Sequence record: PZ402301.1 | DNA length: 64,000 nucleotides | Origin: a phage | Direction: 5' to 3' (one strand) | Shown here: positions 28,561 to 37,920 of the stretch, piece by piece | Numbering within the stretch: the first letter of the stretch is position 1 | Layout: every line of letters starts with the position of its first letter | Program-made: the position numbers and the translations under genes | The notes under the pieces: generated by a model | What the model was told of the DNA's origin: nothing | The model's input: only the letters and a program-made list of their open reading frames with translations | The model's database searches: none

Positions 28561-29529
28561 TTATTTCAGAAGAGTAACCTCAGCAATTTCTTCCCAACCG
28601 TTTTTGTCGGTCATAATAAAGTCAGCAAGATAAAGAGCAGTACGCAGTGAAACATTGCGTAAACGGTTAACATTAACTTTCATCCATGATAATGCTTTAT
28701 AAGTTTCTTCATCAGAAAGACCACGCTTTTGCATCATGTCAGTTGAAAGAATAACATCTTCAACCCTGACCATAATTTCTTCATTAGTGTGAACACCCAA
28801 ATCCAAATAAACCGAGCGGGACACTAATGCTTGTAAATGTGGAGCAAGTTTAGTACCACGGTCTAATTCGCGGTCAATGTCAACGTTTGTGATAAAAACA
28901 ATCGTTCCTTTAAATTCAAACTCACGGTCAATGCCTTTTTCTTCTAAGTAAGAAGATGCAGTGCTCCAGCAGACTTTACGGGTCTCTCCGGTGTCCAGAG
29001 CGGCTTTTAGAAGATTAAGAATGTCCATATCAGAGAAAACATCCACATCATCAATCAAAAGGACAGAATTCTCTTCACGATTATTCCAAAGCTGTTCATA
29101 AAGACCAATACCAGAGATTTTACCATTAATGCTTTTATATTCAATGTATCCAATATCATTTGCTTTATTTAAAGCTTTATCTAAAGAATACGTTTTACCA
29201 ATACCTGCTGCGCCAGAGATAATCAATGAACGAATATTTCCGTTAATAATACCATTCGTCATCATTCCCATAACATTAAATCTTTTATTAATGCGGGTTT
29301 TCATATCTTCATACGATTCTTTAACTTCTTCAACTTTTACACCATCATATGAAATATCTGATTTGTAAACCCAAACACCGCGACGTTTACCGTCAATTTC
29401 AACAAAAACTTTACCATCTCCTTGTGCATCTACCGGAGCATTATCTGGGAACCATTCGCCTAAGAGCTCAAAAGTTCCAGAGATTTCTTTACCGAAGTAG
29501 ATACCCTTATTGATAGTTACAGTTTTCAT
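28561..29529 (-). CDS. Predicted P-loop NTPase (AAA-like)
   Basis: Walker A GAAGIGKT, Walker B LLIDDVD; ATG at 29527-29529 with SD GGAG; track start is TTG. Confidence 0.6.
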   Translation of the reverse strand: MKTVTINKGIYFGKEISGTFELLGEWFPDNAPVDAQGDGKVFVEIDGKRRGVWVYKSDISYDGVKVEEVKESYEDMKTRINKRFNVMGMMTNGIINGNIRSLIISGAAGIGKTYSLDKALNKANDIGYIEYKSINGKISGIGLYEQLWNNREENSVLLIDDVDVFSDMDILNLLKAALDTGETRKVCWSTASSYLEEKGIDREFEFKGTIVFITNVDIDRELDRGTKLAPHLQALVSRSVYLDLGVHTNEEIMVRVEDVILSTDMMQKRGLSDEETYKALSWMKVNVNRLRNVSLRTALYLADFIMTDKNGWEEIAEVTLLK

Positions 29530-29549
29530 TTTATTCTCCAAATCCGTAT

Positions 29550-29615
29550 CAGTTGATAGTTGTATAGTACCATAAAGCTTTATGCCTGTAAACCGTTTTG
29601 TGAAAAAATTTTAAA
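29550..29615 (-). promoter_or_regulatory. T4-type early promoter upstream of ATPase gene
   Basis: cagttgatagttgtatagtaccataaagctttatgcctgtaaaccgttttgtgaaaaaatttt. Confidence 0.55.
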
Positions 29616-29623
29616 ATAAAAAA

Positions 29624-29641
29624 GGGAGCCCGAAGGCTCCC
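29624..29641 (-). terminator. GC-rich stem-loop downstream of nucleotidyltransferase gene
   Basis: gggagcc-cgaa-ggctccc. Confidence 0.5.
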
Positions 29642-29643
29642 TA

Positions 29644-30657
29644 TCATTTATAATAACTTCGATGGTTTTCAAGATAAACCCTCTCAAGGAAGTCATCCCA
29701 GAAACCCATGTCTACTTTTTGCTGCATACCGTTCTTAGAAGCTTCAATAGATGCTGCTTCTACTTGATCGACCACATCTTCCAAAAACTCTTGAACAGTT
29801 TTAAATGGATGCTTACCCAGCTTCACGTCGAGAATAAATGGAGCGTCTTGAAGTGGATAAACTAAGTCACCGGTTTTGTAAATTTCCAATAGTTGGAGTC
29901 CACCACGACAAGCATGACTCAGAGCTTTCCAGTCAATACCCTCATTCGCTTCAGCTTTACGAGCACGTTCACCATATTCAGCATCAAGTTTATTCAAAGA
30001 CTGCTTAAGCTCAATAAGAGAAAGTGTAGTCTGATATTTACGACCCAACACAGTGTAAAACGTTTGTGGGCCTGTTTTCTCATGATTATGGAATACCCAT
30101 TCGCAGAACTCGTTTTCTGGAAGACGATGCTTAATATCTTCAACTTTAGTGCGACGAAGTCTATCAGGGATTCCTTCTTGATAGTCGACCCACTGGTCAG
30201 GGATTTGATTAACTACTTTCAATACATCACGCAATGCGGCCAAACGAGAACCCTTGACACCATATTTAGAAGCTTGCTTGCGGACATATCCTAAATAAGA
30301 TTTCATGTTAGTTGTATAAAAACGAGAACGATTGTCTTGAATAAACTTCCATACATCAGGCAAATCAGATTTAACTACCAGTTCAGGTGGAGTGTGAAGC
30401 ATATCCAATGCTACAGTTTCACCATCTGCTGCTAATTTAAAGAAATACTTAAGACTGTATAGTTCATGGTCAATATCATCTTTAGTGTTTTTAGATGATG
30501 TGTTGTTAGTGTTTTTGCTCATATGCTCTTTAACATTTCCAATAAGAATATCACGAGCAGGAGGAACAAAGATTTCTTTAAAATCTACATCAGATTCTGG
30601 AGTAGAAGTTCCATAAAGATGACTACCAAAATAGCTTTTCATTACTGTTTTCATCAT
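29644..30657 (-). CDS. Predicted nucleotidyltransferase (Pol-beta superfamily)
   Basis: 337 aa; N-terminal motif GSHLYGTSTPESDVDF; start overlaps upstream stop (ATGA). Confidence 0.6.
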   Translation of the reverse strand: MMKTVMKSYFGSHLYGTSTPESDVDFKEIFVPPARDILIGNVKEHMSKNTNNTSSKNTKDDIDHELYSLKYFFKLAADGETVALDMLHTPPELVVKSDLPDVWKFIQDNRSRFYTTNMKSYLGYVRKQASKYGVKGSRLAALRDVLKVVNQIPDQWVDYQEGIPDRLRRTKVEDIKHRLPENEFCEWVFHNHEKTGPQTFYTVLGRKYQTTLSLIELKQSLNKLDAEYGERARKAEANEGIDWKALSHACRGGLQLLEIYKTGDLVYPLQDAPFILDVKLGKHPFKTVQEFLEDVVDQVEAASIEASKNGMQQKVDMGFWDDFLERVYLENHRSYYK

Positions 30658-31115
30658 TCAGCCTTATATTCAATAACAGGACATACTTTAGCTTTACGCG
30701 TTTTTAAAAATTCGACGATAATAGATTTCTTTGGTTGAATAGGAGGTAAACCTTTATACGCCCTATCAATATTTTCTACATGTAAAGAGTAATCCTTTTT
30801 CCATTTATAATCTTTATATTTTTCATGCAGTTGTGCGGGAATAACAAATGAACCGATAATAAGTAAAACAAGCAAAATAGCAAGTATAAATGCTGATGGA
30901 ATAAGAGTCCATAAACTACCAAAAATAAGCCATTTCTGTATGATTTCTGCACAGATGATAGTTAGACCTGCGAGTATAGTACATCCGAAAAAAGAAACGA
31001 AAAATGTAGGAATAACAATAGACCAAAAATACGCGCATAGTGTCTTAGGTCGTTTCCATTCATCATTAAACATTTTGAATAATTTATAGTGCCAAGAGCT
31101 TTCATTAATAATCAT
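30654..31115 (-). CDS. Hypothetical multi-pass membrane protein
   Basis: 153 aa, three to four hydrophobic helices. Confidence 0.5.
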   Translation of the reverse strand: MIINESSWHYKLFKMFNDEWKRPKTLCAYFWSIVIPTFFVSFFGCTILAGLTIICAEIIQKWLIFGSLWTLIPSAFILAILLVLLIIGSFVIPAQLHEKYKDYKWKKDYSLHVENIDRAYKGLPPIQPKKSIIVEFLKTRKAKVCPVIEYKAE

Positions 31116-31117
31116 AA

Positions 31118-31639
31118 TTATCCTTTCATTGAAGGTGTAACAGTTGTTAAATACTTAATCATAGCTTCAGCTTCTGATTTTGATAATGAAATTTCTCCAT
31201 TGTTTTGACGAATAGAAATAAAATCCGGATGACGGTCACCACCAGCTTTCAAAACACACATATAAGTATCAGTTTCATCTTCAATATTTGAAATGATTGA
31301 AGCAGTTCCACATGAATGTGGTTTTTGATAAATCAATGCAGCTTTTCTTCCACCGTTTGACTGTTCATAAACTTTTAATACATCAAACAAATCACTTCTT
31401 TTATCAATAGCTAAGATGTTGTTTTCATCTTCAATGTTAAATCCTTCGGATACTTCATAAAGTGTCACCCATAAATCACCTATATCGATAGTAGCATTTT
31501 CCTTTCCATGACTTTCAAGAGCATGACAAATTTTCTTGATTTCATCATAACTCATTTTAATAATATCATCTCCTTGAATAAGAAAGATGTCATTTTTAAA
31601 TTCAACACGAATTAAACCACTTTCACTTGAAATAAACAT
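31118..31639 (-). CDS. Hypothetical protein (paralog pair with next ORF)
   Basis: 173 aa; SD GTGAGGAAAT; C-terminus SKSEAEAMIKYLTTVTPSMKG. Confidence 0.5.
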   Translation of the reverse strand: MFISSESGLIRVEFKNDIFLIQGDDIIKMSYDEIKKICHALESHGKENATIDIGDLWVTLYEVSEGFNIEDENNILAIDKRSDLFDVLKVYEQSNGGRKAALIYQKPHSCGTASIISNIEDETDTYMCVLKAGGDRHPDFISIRQNNGEISLSKSEAEAMIKYLTTVTPSMKG

Positions 31640-31645
31640 ATTTCC

Positions 31646-32203
31646 TCACTTTGAAATCATAGTTGGAATGACAGAATCAAGATAAGTCTTTAGCGCAATA
31701 GCTTCGTCTTTGGTAAATGTGACAATATGTGATCGAAAATCATCAATTTGACGAATAGTTAAGACATCTCCCTCTTCATAACATTTTGATACATTTAAAA
31801 GAGTTTCATCATTCTGATTGCAATCGTTAGTAATAATAGCATTGCAATTTTTGAGCCATTTTAAACTATGTTTTCTTTCATTAGAATAATAAAAATATTT
31901 AATCTTAGCTATAAAACTATCCCAATGAATAACTGATAAACACATTGACTCACTTTTAATATTAAATCCTGGACATGAAGAATAAAAATGAATTTTGTGC
32001 TCATCATTGATGCTTACTATTTTATCAGTATAAGGATATTCAATTTGGGTTAAATGAATGATTTCACTAGGCGTAAAATACAGCATATCGTCTTCTTGCG
32101 TCAAACGATACATGCTATTTACTTTTTCTATAGCCAATTCACCAAAAAGCGGACTAACTTCTAATACTAATCGTTTCATATTGATTCTCTTCGACTCACT
32201 CAC
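31646..32203 (-). CDS. Hypothetical protein (paralog pair with previous ORF)
   Basis: C-terminus TKDEAIALKTYLDSVIPTMISK; start uncertain (GTG at 32203 or ATG at 32179). Confidence 0.45.
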   Translation of the reverse strand: MSESKRINMKRLVLEVSPLFGELAIEKVNSMYRLTQEDDMLYFTPSEIIHLTQIEYPYTDKIVSINDEHKIHFYSSCPGFNIKSESMCLSVIHWDSFIAKIKYFYYSNERKHSLKWLKNCNAIITNDCNQNDETLLNVSKCYEEGDVLTIRQIDDFRSHIVTFTKDEAIALKTYLDSVIPTMISK

Positions 32204-32329
32204 AATTACATACTCCTTTGAATAATATCAATAATGTTGTTCACCAGATTATAAGTAAACATCGGGTAATTATATTGAATCATCACATACACAACAAACA
32301 AAACTTTCATTCTCTTCTCCTTGGCAGTT

Positions 32330-32375
32330 GACAAGATTACTATACCATAACCTTGCCAACTTGTAAACCATTAAA
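32330..32375 (-). promoter_or_regulatory. T4-type early promoter
   Basis: Reverse complement: tgGTTTACAagttggcaaggttatggTATAGTaat. Confidence 0.55.
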
Positions 32376-32534
32376 TGACGTTTTCAATAAAATTCTGAAG
32401 CTTTGTGTGAGCATCAACCATGATTTTCATTTCTTCCTTTGCGAAAGCTGTACCTCTTTCACGAGAAGAATACTCATAGTCAGAAACTGCATTAGCGTAT
32501 TCTTCAATTAGCTTCATTAAAAACATCTGCTTTT
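32365..32534 (-). CDS. Hypothetical small protein (56 aa)
   Basis: My own translation MKTEKQMFLMKLIEEYANAVSDYEYSSRERGTAFAKEEMKIMVDAHTKLQNFIENVI; start overlaps upstream stop. Confidence 0.3.
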
Positions 32535-32728
32535 CAGTTTTCATTATTCCACCTAATCATTTCAAGATATTGAACTAACTTAGCTTTGGATTTATCCAAA
32601 TCCTTTTTAGCTGCTTCTATACCATCGTATGAATATCCTTCACAATGCTCAACTGCCAATTGGTATGAATCTATTTCAATATCACGTGCTAATTTAATGA
32701 TTTTTTCAAACTGTTCACGTGTTAGCAT
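32534..32728 (-). CDS. Hypothetical protein
   Basis: 64 aa ORF. Confidence 0.4.
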   Translation of the reverse strand: MLTREQFEKIIKLARDIEIDSYQLAVEHCEGYSYDGIEAAKKDLDKSKAKLVQYLEMIRWNNEN

Positions 32729-32730
32729 AC

Positions 32731-32934
32731 TTAAACTCTCGTATTATGATCGATAATTTCATCAAGAAACATATCTAAAGCTTCTACAGCATTATCAACT
32801 TTAGCTTCAAGTTCTTCAGCGCCTTTATTTGCAATGCCTGCCGAAAACCAAGCAAAGTCACTAAGTTCCTCATCTGCTTTGCGAATTAAAGCTACCAATT
32901 CTTTAATTTTATCTGCTTGTTCGATACTAATCAT
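32731..32934 (-). CDS. Hypothetical acidic protein
   Basis: Track ORF 32731..32970; start taken at [13 protein letters not shown]. Confidence 0.4.
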   Translation of the reverse strand: MISIEQADKIKELVALIRKADEELSDFAWFSAGIANKGAEELEAKVDNAVEALDMFLDEIIDHNTRV

Positions 32935-33122
32935 TATTCCACCACATATGAAAGAGAGAATATTGCACACGCCATATGAGTTGCAGCTTCATCACACATA
33001 TCATAACGTTTCTTAAGAAGTTTTTCAAGTTCTTCACTGGTAACTTCATCCATGTTGACGAAAAAATCACCATTAATGATGACGTAGATATTTCCTTCTT
33101 GATTAAGTGCTTCAATTTTCAT
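32934..33122 (-). CDS. Hypothetical protein
   Basis: Track ORF 32934..33167; start taken at [10 protein letters not shown] just downstream of early promoter. Confidence 0.35.
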   Translation of the reverse strand: MKIEALNQEGNIYVIINGDFFVNMDEVTSEELEKLLKKRYDMCDEAATHMACAIFSLSYVVE

Positions 33123-33144
33123 GATGTTCTCCTCTTTATCTGAT

Positions 33145-33195
33145 GGTTGTATAGTATCACAACTCAAATGGAAAGTAAACCGGTAAAATGAAAAA
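33145..33195 (-). promoter_or_regulatory. T4-type early promoter
   Basis: ggttgtatagtatcacaactcaaatggaaagtaaaccgg block upstream of ORF 32934..33122. Confidence 0.5.
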
Positions 33196-33213
33196 AGTCT
33201 CCCGAAGGAGACT
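33196..33213 (-). terminator. Stem-loop
   Basis: agtctcc-cgaa-ggagact. Confidence 0.45.
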
Positions 33214-33217
33214 AATG

Positions 33218-33604
33218 TTATTCGAGGGAAAGAAGATATTTACTTTGATAAAACATTCCAGTAATATCATCTATCGTACTTTGAATGGCTGGAGGCATTT
33301 CTTTGTAAATGCTGTTAGATTGGTCTAGTATGCGATCAATCATTTTAATTGTGTCGGTAGGAAGTTTACTGGCATCCGGAATTGACGGCGTGTATTTTCT
33401 ACCAGAATACCCCAAATATTGCTCACCAAATTTATCAATCAAATCTGGTAACTCAGAGAAAATAAAATCGTATGCTTTGTGTCTAGCATAACTTTTAGTT
33501 TCAAAATGTGCAGAATGAAAATAAGCTTGTGCAGCCATTAATAAACCTAAGTATTCATCTGCCTTTGAAGGTTTTCCACTTTGTGAAAAGTCGCTGAATT
33601 TCAT
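33218..33604 (-). CDS. Hypothetical protein (rI.-1 position)
   Basis: 128 aa ORF immediately before rI. Confidence 0.5.
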   Translation of the reverse strand: MKFSDFSQSGKPSKADEYLGLLMAAQAYFHSAHFETKSYARHKAYDFIFSELPDLIDKFGEQYLGYSGRKYTPSIPDASKLPTDTIKMIDRILDQSNSIYKEMPPAIQSTIDDITGMFYQSKYLLSLE

Positions 33605-33894
33605 TCAGTCTCCAATTTAATGTTCATAATTCTAGCGTATGATTGTGCCATCTCCGCGCCTCGTTCTATACATTCAAAATCGGAAGAGCACGGGTCATTT
33701 TTATAGGTCGTTCGCATAAAACTATAGAACTGTTCAGATGATTCTACGCTTTTATTTTCAAAAAGCATATAAACGTGTCTAATGCCAGATTCCATAAATT
33801 TATCAAAATGAGGATCGACATTCGCTTCAATCGGTGGAGATAAAGCAAACGCTAATCCTAGCATGGCAAATAGTGCCGTTGCTTTTAAGGCCAT
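33601..33894 (-). CDS. rI: Lysis inhibition regulator rI (secreted antiholin)
   Basis: 97 aa; MALKATALFAMLGLAFALSPPIEANVDPHFDKFMESGIRHVYMLFENK... matches T4 RI. Confidence 0.9.
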   Translation of the reverse strand: MALKATALFAMLGLAFALSPPIEANVDPHFDKFMESGIRHVYMLFENKSVESSEQFYSFMRTTYKNDPCSSDFECIERGAEMAQSYARIMNIKLETE

Positions 33895-33906
33895 AAAGGC
33901 CTCCTA

Positions 33907-34119
33907 TCATTTTTGTCCTGTATTTACTTTATGCCGATGCACGGCCTTAACTTTATCAAGGTATTTTTCAAAATTTCGCAATCTAGTATAGTCTGCCGGA
34001 GATTGGTTGAGTGATACTTCTCGACGCAAAGCTGAAATGATATTTCCAACTTCCCTACGAATTTCATCTAATTGAAGAACAGTAAGATTGCGAAGTTGCT
34101 TTTCAGTTAATTGTAGCAT
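33907..34119 (-). CDS. Hypothetical protein (rI.1 position)
   Basis: 70 aa ORF between rI and tk. Confidence 0.45.
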
Positions 34120-34161
34120 ATATACCCCTTTAGTTAGATAAACCTATTTATAACTTTTGCA

Positions 34162-34743
34162 CTAACCGAGCTTTTTAGTTAATTCATTCCAATGTTTTCT
34201 GCACAAAGAAACATAAATTTCATCACCAATACAGATTTGATTACCTTCTTTAACTGGTGTTCCATCTTCCATTAATCGAGCCGTCATAATCGCTTTTTTA
34301 CCGCAATGACAAACTGCCTTTAGTTCAATAAGTTTATCTGCAATCGCCAAAAGTTCTTTAGAACCTTCAAATAATTTTCCGGCGAAATCAGTCCTTAGAC
34401 CATAAGCCATAACAGGAACATTATATGTATCAACAATTCGACTTAATTGATGCACCTGTTCAGTTTTTAAAAACTGAGCTTCATCTACAAATACACAATG
34501 AATATCTTTTTGTGCTTCAGCCCATTTATAGAACTCAAAAATATCCATATCATCCGTAATAATATTCGCTTCCTGCTTAATTCCAATGCGAGAAACGACT
34601 TCACAAACAGAATCGCGAGTATCAATAGCAGGCTTAAGAACTAATACACCCATTCCGCGTTCTTTATAATTATGCGCAGCAGTCAAAAGAGAAGCAGATT
34701 TTCCAGCATTCATTGCTGCATAAGTAAAAATTAAACTCGCCAT
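34162..34743 (-). CDS. tk: Thymidine kinase
   Basis: 193 aa; P-loop AAMNAGKSASLL, C-terminal Zn motif CHCG...C. Confidence 0.95.
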   Translation of the reverse strand: MASLIFTYAAMNAGKSASLLTAAHNYKERGMGVLVLKPAIDTRDSVCEVVSRIGIKQEANIITDDMDIFEFYKWAEAQKDIHCVFVDEAQFLKTEQVHQLSRIVDTYNVPVMAYGLRTDFAGKLFEGSKELLAIADKLIELKAVCHCGKKAIMTARLMEDGTPVKEGNQICIGDEIYVSLCRKHWNELTKKLG

Positions 34744-34752
34744 ATCACCTTC

Positions 34753-34938
34753 TTAAAGCGTATTCACATAAGCTATTAATTCATTTTCTTTCTTATCGAA
34801 CCGATCAGCAAATTCTTCTTGCTGATCGGGAGATAGCGGGCCGTATTCATCATAAAAGGTGTTTGCTTCTACATGCTCATCTAGAAGTTCATGGATAAGC
34901 TCAAACAATTTATCTTTTTGTTCTTTACTCAGACTCAT
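34753..34938 (-). CDS. Hypothetical acidic protein (tk.1 position)
   Basis: 61 aa ORF. Confidence 0.4.
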   Translation of the reverse strand: MSLSKEQKDKLFELIHELLDEHVEANTFYDEYGPLSPDQQEEFADRFDKKENELIAYVNTL

Positions 34939-35108
34939 ATATTAATTTCCAGGAGTTTTAAAATAATTCGCTTTTGCTTAAATATTTCCGTAGTTAAATG
35001 GTCAGTATCTTTTTGACCGATTCCAATGGCAAAACCTTTATTAACAGCGAGTTCAATTAAATTATCAAGCTCACGTAACACTTCATATTGTAACTCAAAA
35101 TTATTCAT
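34935..35108 (-). CDS. Hypothetical small protein (57 aa)
   Basis: My own translation MNNFELQYEVLRELDNLIELAVNKGFAIGIGQKDTDHLTTEIFKQKRIILKLLEINI; stop overlaps next start. Confidence 0.3.
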   Translation of the reverse strand: MNNFELQYEVLRELDNLIELAVNKGFAIGIGQKDTDHLTTEIFKQKRIILKLLEINI

Positions 35109-35317
35109 TTTGGTTTACCTTCTTTAACGAAATCGGGATAAGGATAAAATCCTGAATAAAATCCTTCACCTTTATGATTGATGCATCCTTTATTAGAACA
35201 ATAGCACCAATAATCGAAATCACAAGCCATTTCATCATTACATAAAGCAAAAACAACCGGCCATTTACACTTTTCACAATGGGCATTTTTAAGAATACTA
35301 GTTTGGCTCATAACCAT
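35105..35317 (-). CDS. Hypothetical Cys-rich protein
   Basis: Track ORF 35105..35332; multiple Cys/His (CEKCKW...CNDEMACDFDYWCYCSNKGCINH). Confidence 0.4.
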   Translation of the reverse strand: MVMSQTSILKNAHCEKCKWPVVFALCNDEMACDFDYWCYCSNKGCINHKGEGFYSGFYPYPDFVKEGKPK

Positions 35318-35520
35318 GTAACCTTTAAGCAATATTCTTCTACGTGCTGTTTACGACCTTTCTTATCAATAAAGGTATATTCAACGAATGTTCCAATATA
35401 ATCTTTATCTACATCATGAGAACTATTAATTGGGCATTTAGTACGGCAAATGCGTTCCCATTGACGAATAATTTCTGCTTTGTTTTTAGGATCAAACGGA
35501 TGCGGGTAATGTACTTTCAT
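35308..35520 (-). CDS. Hypothetical protein
   Basis: 70 aa ORF. Confidence 0.4.
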   Translation of the reverse strand: MKVHYPHPFDPKNKAEIIRQWERICRTKCPINSSHDVDKDYIGTFVEYTFIDKKGRKQHVEEYCLKVTWL

Positions 35521-35971
35521 AATCCACCACTATTAAATCAATATCAGGAGTAAACATGTCGATTAATTTAGAAACCTTATCCCAATCACCGCCAGCAATA
35601 CCACAACCTATGCGTGGAATGTAAATTACTGGTTTAAACAAAAGGGTCTCTGCCTGTAGATTTAATTCTATCATGCAGTTTACTAAAGCACCATAATCAA
35701 GATTAGGACCCGGTTCGTATTGCGTATACAGGTTATAGCATATACCAAATCCCGTAGGACTATGTTTAAAAACAATAGACATATCGCCTAATTTATCGCG
35801 AGAACCGTACTCGGTAGTAGTTTTATCTATTTCTAAAATTTTAGGATAGGCCCTCGCTAATTGACCCGCTACACCTGAACCCATAGTATGAAAGCAGTTG
35901 CACCCGTGCGCAATAATATTACCTTGAAGAAATAGGGCGACAATATCGCCCTTGATATATTTTACAATCAT
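35492..35971 (-). CDS. Macro-domain protein (ADP-ribose binding/processing fold)
   Basis: 159 aa; GDIVALF...NIIAHGCNC...GSGVAG...GCGIAGG pattern typical of macro domains. Confidence 0.55.
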   Translation of the reverse strand: MIVKYIKGDIVALFLQGNIIAHGCNCFHTMGSGVAGQLARAYPKILEIDKTTTEYGSRDKLGDMSIVFKHSPTGFGICYNLYTQYEPGPNLDYGALVNCMIELNLQAETLLFKPVIYIPRIGCGIAGGDWDKVSKLIDMFTPDIDLIVVDYESTLPASV

Positions 35972-36309
35972 CTAGTACTCAATCCTCGATTATAAGAATC
36001 TACCAAACGGTCAACCATTGAATGACAAGCGGCTTTATCTTTCTCCTCCGCAACTGAACATTCTAAGGTATTCCACTTTTTAGCATATCGTTTTAACAAT
36101 GTATCATTTTTATATCTACTTGATTTATCTCTTTCTCCGTCTTTATATGCATATATTAATTTCTGCGCAAATTCAGCTTGGCATGCTTTATTTTTCCCGC
36201 AATAATCCGCGGCAGTACGGTTTACATACTCTCTAATTTCAGTGTATGATGTATTTGCTAACGCAGAAAATGAAATTAATCCTACACATAAAACCAAAAT
36301 TTTAGTCAT
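35968..36309 (-). CDS. Hypothetical secreted protein
   Basis: 113 aa; N-terminal signal peptide MTKILVLCVGLISFSALA. Confidence 0.45.
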   Translation of the reverse strand: MTKILVLCVGLISFSALANTSYTEIREYVNRTAADYCGKNKACQAEFAQKLIYAYKDGERDKSSRYKNDTLLKRYAKKWNTLECSVAEEKDKAACHSMVDRLVDSYNRGLSTR

Positions 36310-36847
36310 TTACTATTTCCAACAGTTTATTATTTTTAAGGTAGTTAGCCTTTTCTAGGACTTCAGAAGCATATTTAGAACCTGCTTTAACATTCCATCC
36401 CGAATTATAAGAGGATATTGCCTTTCTTATATCGCCCTTATGTATATTTAACCAATAAGAAAGTTCAATGTACGCCCAGGAAGCTGAATTGGACCGTTTA
36501 TTCAACATTCTTTTTATTTCAGCATCGGTCATATTATAACCAAGTTCCTTAACTCTTGCTCGCATGGTCGGCAAATAATTTTGGAACATTCCATAGGCAT
36601 GATGCTTTGGTTTAGATTTTAAATTAACTCCGGCAGAGCTTTCTTGCCATAAAATAGCAGCCATTATATGACCTAATCCACTCTTGTGGATATTTTTGTG
36701 TGTTTTATATTTTCCATCCTTAGAAAATTGTTCCCCGAATTGATATGCGTAACGCATGTTATCGAGTTGGACATTACTGAAAGTATGCTCGGAGCTATGT
36801 GCCATCATTGAAATGGCCAATAGACCAGCGAGTAGTGCTTTTCTCAT
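36302..36847 (-). CDS. Secreted lytic-transglycosylase-like (SLT-like) protein
   Basis: 181 aa; signal peptide MRKALLAGLLAISMMAHS; ILWQESSAG and AYGMFQ resemble SLT catalytic motifs. Confidence 0.5.
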   Translation of the reverse strand: MRKALLAGLLAISMMAHSSEHTFSNVQLDNMRYAYQFGEQFSKDGKYKTHKNIHKSGLGHIMAAILWQESSAGVNLKSKPKHHAYGMFQNYLPTMRARVKELGYNMTDAEIKRMLNKRSNSASWAYIELSYWLNIHKGDIRKAISSYNSGWNVKAGSKYASEVLEKANYLKNNKLLEIVND

Positions 36848-36854
36848 GCTTACC

Positions 36855-37316
36855 TCATTGAGTTTTAATTACTGCTTTAGAAGCCTTTCCTGGTAAACGA
36901 CGACTGTTAATAATTGCCATCCTGCACTGAAGCGACGGGTCTTTGAACTTCGCATTAGGTTTACAAACTGTAAATCCAAGCCAAAGATTTCCATCTGTGA
37001 TTTCTAAACGCCCAGGACGATATTCAACCCCATCAATAAAATCCTCGTCAATGTCAGGACGCGGAGGCATACTCAGGAATTCATTAACTTCTAAAACATG
37101 GTCTTTTATCTTGTGGAATAATTCAAAAACATATGTCTCATCAATCTCCCGTTGAATTGCACGATCAAGAAGATGTTGAGAATATTTTAGATGAAACGAT
37201 GAGACCCCTGCTGCTTTTGATGCCTCACGAATCTCATTGTTAATTTGACGAAACTCCGACTCAAAGTGACGACGGAGCTTATTTCGACGGATAAAAACTT
37301 CTGTGTTGATAGTCAT
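36855..37316 (-). CDS. regB: Endoribonuclease RegB
   Basis: 153 aa; MTINTEVFIRRNKLRRHFESEFRQINNEIREASKAAGVSSFHLKYSQHLL... matches T4 RegB. Confidence 0.9.
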   Translation of the reverse strand: MTINTEVFIRRNKLRRHFESEFRQINNEIREASKAAGVSSFHLKYSQHLLDRAIQREIDETYVFELFHKIKDHVLEVNEFLSMPPRPDIDEDFIDGVEYRPGRLEITDGNLWLGFTVCKPNAKFKDPSLQCRMAIINSRRLPGKASKAVIKTQ

Positions 37317-37339
37317 GTTATTCTCCTCTTAACTGATAG

Positions 37340-37385
37340 AAAAATTATACCACAGTCAAGAGGAAAAGTAAACAATTATTCTTTA
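37340..37385 (-). promoter_or_regulatory. T4-type early promoter upstream of regB
   Basis: aaaaattataccacagtcaagaggaaaagtaaacaatt (reverse complement gives -35 GTTTAC and -10 TATAAT). Confidence 0.5.
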
Positions 37386-37696
37386 AATCTAATCAATTTA
37401 TTCATAGACTTTGTAACTTCTGCACGAACCTCATGTAGGTTTTTAAGCTGTTCAAGACGCTGCTCATAGTAAGCAATTTCATCTTCTTCGAGACAGTCCT
37501 GTGAATCTTCTTTAAGATAACGTGCATAGTCCTGGAAAGCTTTGCGGACTACTTCCTGGAAGTCATCAAGACTTTGAATTTTCTTAGGAGCAACAGATAC
37601 ACGACGAGGGGCAGTATAATACTCATAACCAAACCCTGCGCTTAATTGAGCCATTAATATTTTTCCTCTGGTTGGAACACAGCACGACAAGCCCAC
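37376..37696 (-). CDS. Hypothetical protein (vs.3 position)
   Basis: 106 aa ORF. Confidence 0.4.
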   Translation of the reverse strand: MGLSCCVPTRGKILMAQLSAGFGYEYYTAPRRVSVAPKKIQSLDDFQEVVRKAFQDYARYLKEDSQDCLEEDEIAYYEQRLEQLKNLHEVRAEVTKSMNKLIRFKE

Positions 37697-37920
37697 ATAC
37701 TGGCTTCTTTGAGTTTCGTTTTAGCAATAGTTAACTGATCAAGACTTTCAGCATAATTCTTCGCGAATTCACAGTCTTCACAATTATCTAGTGCTTCCCA
37801 GAATTCATCATATAAAGCATCAAAGATAAGTCCTAAACGAACTTCAGCATCTTTAATAGCATTCACTTTACTGATTTTATCGTCAGTATGTGGCTTATAA
37901 CCTTTAATGTCTTCAATCAT
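37654..37920 (-). CDS. Hypothetical helical protein; positional candidate for T4 Vs.4/Acb2 (cyclic-oligonucleotide sponge)
   Basis: 88 aa ORF; assignment is by gene order only, sequence not verified. Confidence 0.35.
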   Translation of the reverse strand: MIEDIKGYKPHTDDKISKVNAIKDAEVRLGLIFDALYDEFWEALDNCEDCEFAKNYAESLDQLTIAKTKLKEASMWACRAVFQPEEKY

